DNA from: Felis catus
Taxonomy: Eukaryota
DNA length: 64,000 nucleotides
Direction of reading: 5' to 3'
Assembly (NCBI RefSeq): GCF_018350175.1
Contig: NC_058369.1
Span: forward strand, 16,740,001-16,804,000
Shown here: positions 1 to 11,059 of the stretch, piece after piece
How positions within the stretch are numbered: position 1 is the first letter of the stretch
Layout: each line of letters begins with the position of its first letter
Notes under the pieces: generated by a model
Seen by the model: only the letters and a program-made list of their open reading frames with translations
Database searches by the model: none
Told to the model about the DNA's origin: nothing
Position numbers and translations under genes: made by a program

Positions 1-111
1 CAGACTAACATACTTTTAAAGGACTATTGAACAGACTGACATTGACTTCTCACTACTAATGGTGGAAACCATAACTTTGCAATGATCTCTTTAATATGGT
101 AGAACAAAACA

Positions 112-319
112 GGGGCGCCTGGGAGGCTCAGTTGGTTAAGCGTCCGACTTCAGCTCAGGTCATGATCTCACAGTTTTTGGGTTTGAGCCCCATGTCGGGC
201 TTTGTGTGGACAGCCCAGAGCCTGGAGCCTGCTTCAAATTCTGTGTCTCCCTCTCTCTCTGCCCCTCCCCCACTCTCACTCTGTCTCTCAAAAATAAATA
301 AACATTAAAAAAATTTTTT
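112..319 (+). mobile_element. CAN-SINE (SINEC_Fc type)
   Basis: GGGGCGCCTGGG head, (CT)n, A tail; long TSD TTTAATATGGTAGAACAAAACA. Confidence 0.93.
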
Positions 320-699
320 TTTAATATGGTAGAACAAAACAAATGTGAAAATAGAATTTTATACCCAGCAAAAATATCTCTCAAGACTAAGGGTAAAATA
401 AGGACATTTCAAAAAACAAGAAACTCTTTGTCACCAGCATGCTCACTATAAAGGATATACAACAGAAGAAAGAAAACAATCTCCAGTGGAAGGTGATGGA
501 GAAAAGAAAGGAAAAGCAATGAGGGTGGTAAATATGAGGGTAAATGTAAAAGAATGTGTACTATATAAAACATTAATAATGATGCCCCTGCAGAGTCAAA
601 AAACAAAAACATAAAAGACAAGGTAGCAATCCTAAGGTTCTTGTAGAATGCGGGAGGAAGTAAAAGGTTTTCATGAACTTTAGATTTTTAGAGGTTTTA

Positions 700-924
700 T
701 TTTTTTATTTATTAAAATTTTTTAAATGTTTATTTATTTTTGAGAGAGAGAGACAGAGCATGAGCTGGGAGAGACAGAGAGAGAGGGAGATACAGAATCT
801 GAAGCAGGCTCCAGGCTCTGAGCTATCAGCACAGAGCCCAATGCAGGGCTCAAACTTACAAAGTGTTAGATCATAACCTGAGCTGAAGTCAGATATTCAA
901 CCGACTGAGTCACCCAGGCGCACC
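700..924 (-). mobile_element. CAN-SINE
   Basis: Antisense body; TSD AGAGGTTTTATTTTT. Confidence 0.9.
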
Positions 925-956
925 ACAGAGGTTTTATTTTTAAATACATATATGTT

Positions 957-1168
957 GGGGCGCCTGGGTGGTGCAGTCGGTTAAGCGTCCGACTTCAGCC
1001 AGGTCACGATCTCGCGGTCCGTGAGTTCGAGCCCCGCGTCGGGCTCTGGGCTGATGGCTCAGAGCCTGGAGCCTGTTTCCGATTCTGTGTCTCCCTCTCT
1101 CTCTGCCCCTCCCCCGTTCATGCTCTGTCTCTCTCTGTCCCAAAAAAAATAAATAAACGTTGAAAAAA
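957..1168 (+). mobile_element. Young SINEC_Fc
   Basis: CpG-intact; perfect TSD AAATACATATATGTT at 942-956 and 1169-1183; sits in the tail of the next SINE. Confidence 0.95.
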
Positions 1169-1180
1169 AAATACATATAT

Positions 1181-1378
1181 GTTTATTTATTAATTTTGAG
1201 AAATAGCAAGCAGGGGAAGAGCAGAGAGAGAGGGAGAGACAGAGAGAATCCCAAGCAGTCTCTGAGCTGTCAGTGCAGAACCTGACTTGGGGCTTGAACT
1301 CAGGAGCAGTGAGATCATACATGACCTGAGCCGAAATCAAGAGTCAGACGCTTAAATGACTAAGCCACCAGGCACCCC
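1181..1378 (-). mobile_element. CAN-SINE
   Basis: Antisense body ending GGCACCCC. Confidence 0.9.
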
Positions 1379-1795
1379 TATTTTTAAATATTTTAACGTA
1401 ATTATAACACAATTAAAATGATAATGTTATAGTAAAATATAATAAAAATTATGATAAAATGACACTTTATTTGATCCACAGGAGTTTTGAAGAAATGTAC
1501 AGGGAGGTCCCCTGTACTCTTCACTCAGTCTCTCCCTAAGATAATATCTTGCAAAACTATAGCACAATATCAAAACCAAGAAGCTGACTTTGGATAATCC
1601 ACAGAGCTTATTCACATCTCACTAGTTAGATACACTCACTTGGGTGTGTATGTATTAACTAAATGTGCCAAGTTGTTATTTCTGGGCTAAACGGAGAGAG
1701 TGAGAGAATATAAATATGAATGAACATATAACTTCTAAATTAGTAAAAGGGAAAACAAGTATAATAAAAAATATCTAATAAAAAAGGGGCAAAAC

Positions 1796-1957
1796 ATGGG
1801 TAACGGGCATTAAGGAGGACACTTGTTGGGATGAGCACTGGGTGTTATATGTAGGGGATGAATCACTGGATTCTACTCCTGAAATCATTATTGCACTGGA
1901 TGCTAACTAACTTGGATGTAAATTAAAAAAAATAAATTAATGAAATTAAATTAAATT
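1796..1957 (+). mobile_element. Carnivore L1 3' end, 5'-truncated
   Basis: GGGCATTAAGGAGGACACTTGTTGGGATGAGCACTGGGTGTTATATG; A-rich tail; TSD AGGGGCAAAAC at 1785-1795 and 1958-1968. Confidence 0.85.
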
Positions 1958-2253
1958 AGGGGCAAAACGGGTAAGAAAAATAAATGTAGAACAAATGGAA
2001 CGAGATAGCACATAACAACATGACAGATGTAAACCCCAATATATCAGTAATTACATTAAGTGCAAATGCAATGAAATGCTTCAGTTAAAAGATAAAGACT
2101 GTCAGACTCCCAAGACTGAATTATGATGAAAAGGAAAATCTAAACAGACCAATTTATGAATCAGTAATCAAAAACCTCTCAACAAATAAAAGTCCAAGGT
2201 CAGATGACTTAACTGGAGAATTCTACATGTGGATTAAAAAAAAAATTGGGGGG

Positions 2254-2450
2254 GGGGCACCTGGGTGGCTCAGTCGGTTAAGCATCTGACTTTGACTCAG
2301 GTCATGATCTCACTGTTCATGAGTTCGAGCCCCACATCAGGCTCTGCACTGACAGCACAGAGCCTGCTTGGGATTCTCTCTCTCCCTCTCTCTTTGCTCC
2401 TCCCCTGCTTGCTCACTCTCTCTCAAAATAAATAAATAAACTTAAAAAAA
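2254..2450 (+). mobile_element. CAN-SINE
   Basis: Head, (CT)n, A tail. Confidence 0.9.
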
Positions 2451-2455
2451 TAAAA

Positions 2456-2660
2456 ATTTTTTAATGTTTTATTTATTTTTAAGAGAGAGGCAGAGTACGA
2501 GCAGGGGAGGGATAGAGGGAGGGAGACACAGAATCTGAAGCAGGTTCCAGGCTCTGAGCTGTCAGCACAGAGCCCATCGTGGGGCTCAAACCCACGAAAA
2601 GTGAGATCATGACCTGAGCTGAGGTCAGATGCCCAACTGACTGAGCCACCCAGGTGGCCC
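2456..2660 (-). mobile_element. CAN-SINE
   Basis: Tail-to-tail with the previous copy; TSD TCTAC(A/C)TGTGGATT flanks the pair. Confidence 0.9.
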
Positions 2661-3296
2661 TCTACCTGTGGATTTTTAAAAGAAAATCCTCTTATGTGCT
2701 CTTTACACAAAAAGTCAAAACAAAAAATTTACATACATTCAATTAACCTAAAATCAAGAATTTTTGCTCATCAAATAACACATAAAGAGTGAAAAAAAAA
2801 AAAAGCAAGCCATGGGAAATATAACATATTCACAATACATATAACTGAAAAAGGATTAGTTTTCAGAGTATATAAAGAATTCATGCAAACAAGACAAAGA
2901 AAAAAAAAGACATCTATAAAGAAGATAAAAAATATGGGAAGGGAAATCCAAATGGTCAATAAACATATGAAAAGGCCCTTCACTTCATTAGTAATTAGGG
3001 AGAAGAAAACAAAGATCATAGTGGGAAAAACCACACACCAGCCAGATTGGTCAAAATTTTAAGGTCTTAAGGTCTAACCCACTGTGGGAGTATACCATTA
3101 TGGGAAAGAGTTGGCATTGCCTAAGAAAGTTTAAGACACACTCAATGAATGACCCATAAGTGCAGTCCTTGGTTTTACCTAGAAAAATTCATGCTTATGT
3201 ACACGAGGCAGACATACAAGAATGTTCCCAGTGGCATTGTATGAAATATCCCTCAAACTAGGAAAACCTACATGTCCATCAGAAGTAGAGTGGATA

Positions 3297-3520
3297 GGGG
3301 CACTGAGGCGGCTCAGTCGGCTCAGCATCTGACTCGATTTCAGCTCAGGTCATGATTCCAGGGTCGTGGGATCAAGCCCTGTGTTGGGCTCTGCATTGAG
3401 CATTGAGCCTGCTTAAGATTTTCTCTCTTTCTCCCCCTACCCCTCTCCCTTGCTCATGAGCACACTCACTCTCTCTAAAAGAAAAAAAAAGAAAAAAAAA
3501 AAAAAAAGAAAAGGAAAGAA
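3297..3520 (+). mobile_element. CAN-SINE
   Basis: Head and long A tail. Confidence 0.88.
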
Positions 3521-3943
3521 AGAGAGTGGATAACTAACTTGTAGTATATTCACCTAACACCCAATGTAATACAGTGATGATGACAATGAAAAATATATAG
3601 CAAGAACATAGATGAATTTCACATAAAAAGTAGATAAGAGGGAAAAGTAATCAGAATTCGTCCTACGTGATTCCTTTTATATAAAAAATTTCAAAAAAAT
3701 TAAACTATGCTGTTTGAGGAAACATACATGGTATGCTAGAAGTGGTAAAGCTATAAAGAAGACCAATGAAATGATTACAAGTCAGGAGAGTGGTTACTAC
3801 TAAGGGTATGAATAAATACTTATTAATGGTAAAAACTCTTCCCAAACTTGGACATTCTTTAACCTTAAGCCACCAAAGCCCCACAGCAAATACCATTAGT
3901 CATGGTGAAATGTCAGGAGCAACAATGAGAATGCTCTATTGCT

Positions 3944-4150
3944 GGGGGCGCCTGGGTGGCTCAGTCAGTTGAGCGTCCGACTTCGGCTCAGGTCATGATC
4001 TCACAGTTCGTGAGTTTGAGCCCCGCATCCGACTCTGCGCTAACAGCTCAGAGCCTGGAGCCTGCTTTGGATTCTGTGCCTCCCTCTCGCTCTCTGCCCC
4101 TCCCCACTCACACTCCGTCTCTGCCTCTCAAAAAATAAAGAAATGTAATA
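3944..4150 (+). mobile_element. CAN-SINE
   Basis: TSD AGAATGCTCTATTGCTG. Confidence 0.92.
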
Positions 4151-4256
4151 AAAATTTTTTTTAAGAATGCTCTATTGCTGCCTCCTGGGATGCTCTTTCC
4201 TCCCTGTAGATCCAAGGGCTCCAGGTTTAAATCACCCTGAGGACTCCTATGTGACC

Positions 4257-4464
4257 TTTTTTTTTTAATATGTAAATGTTTATTCATTTTTGACTGGGAG
4301 GGGAGGGGGGAAGGGCAGAGAGAGAGGGGACAGAGGATCCGAAGCGGGCTCTGCATTGACAGCAGTGAGTTTGATGTGGGGCTCCAGCTCACGACTGTGA
4401 GATCATGACCTGAGCTGAAGTTGGCTGTTCAAGCACTCAACCAACTAAGCCACCCAAGCGCTCC
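4257..4464 (-). mobile_element. CAN-SINE
   Basis: TSD CCTATGTGAC. Confidence 0.88.
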
Positions 4465-4479
4465 ACCTATGTGACTTTT

Positions 4480-5325
4480 TAAATAAACTTTTATTGACAT
4501 ATAATTTAATAATTTTTTAACATGTTTGTTTGTTTATTTACTTTGAGAGAGAGACACACAGAGAGAGATCAGAGGATTAGGGGAGGGGCAGAGAGAGAGG
4601 GAGACAGAGAATCCCAAGCAGACTCTGCACAGTGTGGAACCCTATGCAGGGCTAACCTCACAAACAGTGAGATCGTGACCTGAGTTGAAATCAAGAGTCG
4701 GAGGCTTAATCAAGTCACACAGGTGCCTCTATTGACATATACCTTAAATGGCATAAAATTCTCTGTTTTAAGGATACAATTTGTGATTTTTTAAAGGAAA
4801 TTTAGAGCTGTGCAACCATCACCACAATCCTGTTTTAGAAATGTTACATCACCCAAAAAGTTCCCTGGGCTCATCTGTAGCCACTTCCCACCCCCTCCTC
4901 CCAGCTAATCTACTTGTATCTCTAAAGATGTGGCTACTGGGAACATTTCAAATGAATGGAACCAAACAGGATGTGATCTTCTGTATTTCTTTTACTTAGC
5001 ATTTTTTTGAGATTCATCTATGTTTTAGCATGCATGTATCAGTACTCCATTTCTCTTATTGTTAAATAGTTTTTCATCATTTTATTTACCCATTCACCAG
5101 GTGATAGAATTTTGGTTATTTCCAGTCTATGACTATTTTGAATAATTCTGCTATAATATTTGCCTACAAGCCTTTGTGTGAACATATGCTTTCATTTCTC
5201 TTGGAAAAATACCTAGGATATTTGCTAAGTTCTATGATAAAATTAATTAACTTTTTAGGATGCTGCCAATATGGCCACACCATTTTATATTTCATCAGTG
5301 AGGTATAAGAGTTCCAATGTATATG
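4480..5325 (-). mobile_element. L1MB-like 3' end fragment
   Basis: GTGCAACCATCACCACAATC...GAGATTCATCTATGTT...TTTCTCTTGGAAAAATACCTAGG. Confidence 0.75.
4513..4727 (-). mobile_element. CAN-SINE
   Basis: TSD TATTGACATATA. Confidence 0.88.
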
Positions 5326-5336
5326 ACTTAAAAAAA

Positions 5337-5359
5337 ATTTTTTTTAATGTTTATTTACT

Positions 5360-5402
<43 letters not shown>

Positions 5403-5567
5403 ACACAAGCAGGGGAGGGGCAGAAAAAGGAGACACAGAATCCAAAGCAACTCCAGGCTGTAAGCTGTCAGCAAAGAGCCCAAAGTGGGGCTCAAACCCA
5501 CGAACTGTGAGTTCATGACCTGAGCCGGAGTCAGAGGCTTAACTGACTGAGCCACCCAGGTGCCCCC
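5337..5567 (-). mobile_element. CAN-SINE with expanded (AG)n
   Basis: TSD TATATGACTT. Confidence 0.9.
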
Positions 5568-5808
5568 TATATGACTTTTAAAAGAATAACATACGCTGAG
5601 GAATTTATAGATTTATAAGAGCTTTTATATACTAAGAATGTTAATTCTTTTTTTTTCTATACCACAAATGCCATGTTTCACATTAACTGAAAAAGACAAT
5701 TGCAACTATGTTAATTTTTTGTTCCTGTATTTTTTCATTACTATCTGAACTTGCTAAATGAGCATATATTAACATTTATTCTGGTTATCAAAGTAAGTAA
5801 AAAAAACT

Positions 5809-5944
5809 AAGGAGGGAGGGAGAAAAGAAAAAAAAGAACAAAGGAAGAGAGAGAAGGAAGGAGAAAGGGAGGGAGGGAGGGGGAAGGGAGGGAGGGAGAG
5901 AGGAAGGAAGGAAGGAAGGAAGGAAGGAAGGAAGGAAGGAAGGA
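5809..5944. repeat. Polypurine tract ending in (GGAA)n
   Basis: About 135 nt almost purely A/G, with about 10 GGAA units. Confidence 0.9.
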
Positions 5945-5979
5945 CGGGCAGAAGGAATCCTTAGACTTGGTCATCTCAC

Positions 5980-6204
5980 CTCAAAAAGGAGGCTGAATGC
6001 ATCCTCCTCCTGACTTGTAAGATGGACTGACAAGCCCTTAATGAAGACCCCTTGAGGGTTTTCCACGATGGTCATTGGTGTGACTGATGGTCCGACATAG
6101 GGCAGAGTGGAAAGGAGATCAAACAGACTCTCATTGTAAATTTCCAGGTAGGAAACACGCACAGTGATGGCATGTGTGGGGCGTTCTTCAATCATCCTAA
6201 AAAC
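5980..6204 (-). CDS. KIF9: KIF9 coding exon 4 (VFRMIEERPTHAITVRVSYLEIYNESLFDLL...DAFSLLFE)
   Basis: 225 nt, AG/GTGAGA bounded; kinesin motif VSYLEIYNE; gene continues beyond the left edge. Confidence 0.97.
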
Positions 6205-6421
6205 CTACATGGAATATCGGACAGTAGTCACCAAGAGCAAAACTCCAATGACCAACCAGTGTTAGGAGAGTTCTTACCTCAGCAGGAAACATCAAGAAGT
6301 ACAATTAAAAAAAAAAAAATCTGTCCTAAAAGAATTTACAGTCTAGCTGGCATAATGGTCATCATCATCAACAATTACTATTAATAGTTCATTGAGTGGC
6401 ACTTATTATCATCTTGTAGAG

Positions 6422-6630
6422 TTTTTTTTTTTAATGTTTTTATTTATTTTTGAGAGAGAGACAGAGTGTGAGTGGGGGAGGAGCAGAGAGAGGGAGATAC
6501 AGAATCTGAAGAAGGCTCCAGGCTCTGAGTTGTCAGTACAGAGCTGACACGGGGCTCGAACCCACAAACCGTGAGATCATGACCTGAGCTGAAGTCGGAC
6601 GTTTAACTGACTGAGCCACCCAGGTGCCCC
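6422..6630 (-). mobile_element. CAN-SINE
   Basis: TSD CATCTTGTAGA. Confidence 0.9.
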
Positions 6631-7190
6631 ACATCTTGTAGAATTTTGAAGACTGACTTAACAGATTGTACAGCCATGATGAATGGAAAGGACTCTGGAG
6701 TGAAGATCCCTCATTTTATGGAGTCTCGCCATATATAAGCCTCTTACACATCCATTATTTAATCCTATTCTTACAACTCCCCTGTGATTGAAGAAGGATA
6801 GGGGCAATGCCCATCTGGGGAAAGGCCCATGCAATGAAATTATTTGTCTGTGGCCTCAGCTAGTAAGAGAAGAAGCCAAGCCAAAACTCAGCCTTCCCAA
6901 CTAATAACTTCCAAATACCCTTCCTGGTACTTCTGAGCAGGTGGTGACTTTGGACTGGTCTTTTCCCCTTAACTTTCTTAGTTGCCACATGAAGGGAGGG
7001 GTTGGGCTGGATGATCCCTGAGGGCCCCACCTTGCTCTAACAGTCAAGGGTAGTGCTATCCAACACGGTAGACACTAGCCACAGGTGGCTGCTGAACACC
7101 TGAAATGTGGCTGATGCAAATAAGGAATGGAATTTTAAATTTTACTTGATCGTAATTAATTTGAATTGAAAGTTAAAACTAGCTGCTAAA

Positions 7191-7389
7191 GGGGCACCTG
7201 GGTGGCTCAGTCAGTTGAACATCTGACTCTTGATTTTGGCTCAGGTCATGATCTCACGGTTGTGGGATTGAGTCCCACGTCAGGCTCTGAGCTGACAGCA
7301 AGAAACCTTTTTGGGATTCTCTCTCTCCCTCTCCCTCTGCCCTTCCCCCAGCATGTGTATGCGCATGCGTACACACACACACACACACA

Positions 7390-7420
<31 letters not shown>

Positions 7421-7440
7421 AATAAATAAACTTTAAAAAA
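7191..7440 (+). mobile_element. CAN-SINE with (CA)n(CT)n
   Basis: Head, compound microsatellite, A tail. Confidence 0.9.
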
Positions 7441-7752
7441 TGGCCACTAAGTTCAGTTACTGGTAAACTTTTCAGAATGTTGGGAACAACTTGAGTTTAT
7501 AAATCTACTTTTTCAACTGTAAATTTTATGAAATCTAAATACAGATTGAGTATTCCTGATAAGTACTTAGTGTCTAAATTGAAATGGACCATAAGTGTAA
7601 AATACACACTGCATAGACTTAGTATGAGAAAAATAATGTAAAATATTTCAAGAATTTTTATTTTGATGACATGTGGAAATTATATTTTGGATATACTCAG
7701 TTACATAAAATATATTATTAAAATCAATTTCACCTATTTTACTTAAAAAAAA

Positions 7753-7962
7753 TTTTTTTTTAATGTTTACTTATTTTTGAGAGAGAGAAAGAGAGAGAGT
7801 GTGAGCCGGGGAGGGGCAGAGAGGGAGACACAGAATCCAAAGCAGGCTCCAGGCTCTGAGCTGTCAGCACACAGCCTGATGTGGAGCTTGAATTCACAAA
7901 CTGTGAGATCATGACCTGAGCCAAAGTCGGGCATCCAACCAACTGAGTCACCCAGGCGCCCC
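7753..7962 (-). mobile_element. CAN-SINE
   Basis: TSD CCT(A/G)TTTTACTT. Confidence 0.9.
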
Positions 7963-7979
7963 TTCCTGTTTTACTTTTT

Positions 7980-8189
7980 TTTTTTTTTTTTTTTTAATTT
8001 TTATTTTTGGGACAGAGACAGAGCATGAACGGGGGAGGGGCAGAGAGAGAGGGAGACACAGAATCGGAAACAGGCTCCAGGCTCCGAGCCATCAGCCCAG
8101 AGCCCGACGCGGGGCTTGAACTCACGGACCGCGAGATCGTGACCTGGCTGAAGTCGGACGCTTTACCGACTGCGCCACCCAGGCGCCCC
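7980..8189 (-). mobile_element. Young SINEC_Fc
   Basis: CpG-intact; long T tract; TSD CTGTTTTACTTTTT. Confidence 0.95.
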
Positions 8190-8983
8190 ACTGTTTTACT
8201 TTTTAAACTGTGGTTACTAGAAAACTCAAAATTGCATGTGTGACTTACACCGTGTCTCTACTGGGCAGTGCTGGGCTCGACTACTGAAGTCTAAGATACC
8301 GAGATACTAAAGCTTGGACAGTGGGATGTGAAGGCTACTGCTTCATAAATTAGAGCATGGATGCTTTATACACTAGACGGTCATCTATGTTTTTTATAGG
8401 ACAGGGCTATAAAACCTCAAGATGCTTTTGGGGAAAGGCCCTTTGCCTCCTACCTTCCAACAGAAGGTCCTCACAGAACTCCAAAGGAAGGCCCTTGTGT
8501 ACTGTCTTCAGTCATACTTCCCAGACCCCCAGGACTCACTTGATCCTGAAAGTTCATGTTGGGCCCCGCTTCTTCCCTTTGTTCTTTCTGGGGCTGTGGC
8601 ATGGAAGAAGCCAGAGCAGGCCAGGGAGGAAGCTTTGCAAGAGGCCATATCCCCCTCATTAAAATGAGGCAGGAACATGATTAGGACTTCCAAATCCTCA
8701 ATTACAGGTTCACAGACCATCACAGCAGCAAGAAGCTGGTTGGCACGTCCAACTCCCTCTTTTGCAATGAGGAAATAGGTTCCTCATGGGCTTGGGTCAG
8801 ACCCTGAAACCTGAAGTCCCAGTTTCCTAGCTTCCTGAGGCCTCTGCACCACCCTGCCCCCCACCCCCCACCCCCCCACCCCCCACCATGTTAATCCTGT
8901 CCCTAGTAGCAGGCCTCGGGTTAGCAGCAGGTGTGGTAGAAAGGGGACCCGTGTGGTACCCTGCCTGTGGGCCCACTCTCTAC

Positions 8984-9090
8984 CTGCTGTAGGGCACGAG
9001 GAAGGATCCCCCGGTGCTTGTAATTCTCAGTTGTCCCTGTCATGGTATATGTCTTGCCGGCTCCCGTCTGCCCATAACACATGATGGTAC
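8984..9090 (-). CDS. KIF9: KIF9 coding exon 3 with P-loop (G-TIMCYGQTGAGKTYTMTGTTENYKHRGILPRALQQ)
   Basis: 107 nt, acceptor TTTGCAG, donor GTAGAG; Walker A GQTGAGKT; phase 1 to 0 joins both neighbours. Confidence 0.97.
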
Positions 9091-10861
9091 CTGCAAACAT
9101 TTGGAAGCATGTCTTGGTGATGCCCAGGAAAATAGCTCCAAGGATAGCTCTCCTATCCCCCAGCATGCCTGGTGCCAGCCTGGAGCCTGGCGCGAAGGTG
9201 GCCATCAGGAGCAGCCGGGGACAAGAGGGATTCCTGCCTTGGGGGGGCAGGGTGAGTGGGCAAGGAAACAGGACATAAATGGTCAAAACACAGACTGCAG
9301 CTCTGAATGTGTGGCCCAGGTAGTGCTCTACTGATCCCTCTGCCAAGAGATCAGACCCTAGGGCTGCTGAGCAGAGTGGGGAATCCCAGGGAACAGAGGA
9401 ACTGCGAATTTTTCTAGATAGGTAGGGAGGGAGATAGAACATTGAACTCCAGCCCTTCTTTAGCAAGGCCATGAACTGTCAAGAATCTCGGGGTAGGCCT
9501 CCCAGGGGCTGGCCAGGCAGGAGACAAGGAGAGCTTTCAAAATCCCCAGGAAGAGATGGGAGTGGGAAGAGAATTTCCTGTTGATGGTGAGGATTCTTTG
9601 TAGACTGCAAGTTCCCACAGGATCAAACAGGGCTACTAGTTGGCCCCAGGCCACTTCCAAACACAGACCATGACAGGTCCTGATCTGGTCCCACAGCCGT
9701 CTCTGGAAAGACTTCCACTTGTACCTCTCACATCTCTTAGGTCTACTGTCACCACCAGGCTCTGGGACACGAACCACACTGTCACCCTGGACTCCGGTTC
9801 CCATCCGCTCTTTCTCCTGGCTTGGCCAACCTGAGCCAGACCCCATCCCAAATGCCGCTTCCGGGCAACACTGGGCCATGGAAATCAGCATTTGCCTTCA
9901 CCACACCAATGCTCTAGTTCCTGGGATTGGTAGGTTTTGCACACGGGGCTCAAACTCAGCATGTGAGCTGAGGTCAGAAACAGTGCCTATTAGCACAGAT
10001 GTGCAGGAAGGAGTCACTTCAGCTGGGACTCAGAGCCCACTTGTAATTCTATAGCAGCCAGGGCCCAAGACTCTTAACTTCCTTGGCCTTCTTGGTTCCT
10101 CTGTCTCTACCTCCTCAGGGCCATATCCCCTCAGGATTAATAAGGACCACATCTATGTTTCACAAGTGGGATACATTACAATGTTTAGTTATCAACACTA
10201 AACAGACTTTAAAAGAGACTTTTAAACAGAAGACCTAAAACTTGCAGACAGGGGACATTCTAGTCACGTGGGCAAAGTTTACAAACTGTGATAGATTCTT
10301 TCTACAGATTTTCAAATCTTAAGATTTTAAAGCAATCTTAGACCAAACTAGTTTGTAAAAATCTCCCAATAAAGCTGCTTTCCATTTGTTAAGAAAATCA
10401 AACTCTACTCCATTTTTTCATGCTATATGTAAATAACTCTATGCTAAAATAGGAAGAGTAGATTTATTTTGCTGGTAAAATGAATGGAAATAACTCCTGG
10501 CAGGTAGTCAAGAGAGAAGTATTTGGACTCCATCAAATTCATAAGGCCATTATCTTCAAACTAGTATTTGAGAGATTTGAAACAGGATAATAGTTCAATC
10601 CCCATGACCTATAGAGAGCCACAGTCACTTAGTCTTCCCAGGAAAATAGGACCCCAGAAGTTTGGATCAAGTCATGCCCACAATACCACCAAGCAAATAG
10701 TAAGTTTTCTACTATAAGAATATGAGATAGACACATAAACAAAAGTTAGCACAAGAGGTTATATTTTATTTTATTCACCATAAAATACTTGCACCTCTTC
10801 CTCCAGGAAGGGTTCTGCAGGTTCTTACGGTCAATTAATAACAGTCAATTAACTAAATTAC

Positions 10862-11027
10862 CATTGTATCCGTCGAGAGCCTGAGCAACCACGTCCTTTG
10901 CGACCGTCTCATAAACCAAGTCCTGGGAGGCATTGTGGAGAACTCCATCCAGTTTGAACGACCAGTCTGTCTGCTGGTTATTGACAACCCCTCTCCGAGT
11001 ATCTTTTTTTAAGTGAATATCAATGCT
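10862..11027 (-). CDS. KIF9: KIF9 coding exon 2 (SIDIHLKKDTRRGVVNNQQTDWSFKLDGVLHNASQDLVYETVAKDVVAQALDGYN-G)
   Basis: Hand-translated (absent from ORF track); 166 nt, AG/GT bounded, phase 0 to 1; kinesin motor motifs F.LD and LDGYN. Confidence 0.96.
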
Positions 11028-11033
11028 CTAGAA

Positions 11034-11059
11034 AGAGAGAGAGAGAGAGAGAGAGAGAG
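11034..11059. repeat. (AG)n microsatellite abutting a KIF9 acceptor
   Basis: About 13 AG units. Confidence 0.9.

Larger units (their letters stand above)
1..3850 (+). mobile_element. Ancient, heavily deleted L1 (L1M/L1ME-like) interrupted by SINEs
   Basis: Decayed ORF1 end (AGAATTTTATACCCAGCAAAAATATC), ORF2 start (ATATCAGTAATTACATTAA) and 3' region (ATGGTCAATAAACATATGAAAAG; ATGTCCATCAGAAGTAGAGTGGATA) in collinear order. Confidence 0.7.
7051..8273 (+). mobile_element. hAT-Charlie1/MER33-like DNA transposon interrupted by three SINEs
   Basis: Degenerate terminal inverted repeats TAGTGCTATCCAA...CTGGGCAGTGCTG; internal AAATCTACTTTTTCAACTGTAAATTTTATGAAATCTAAATACAG. Confidence 0.75.

Noticed and set aside
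112-190. tRNA-like A/B boxes
   Set aside because: These are the tRNA-derived heads of CAN-SINEs, not tRNA genes
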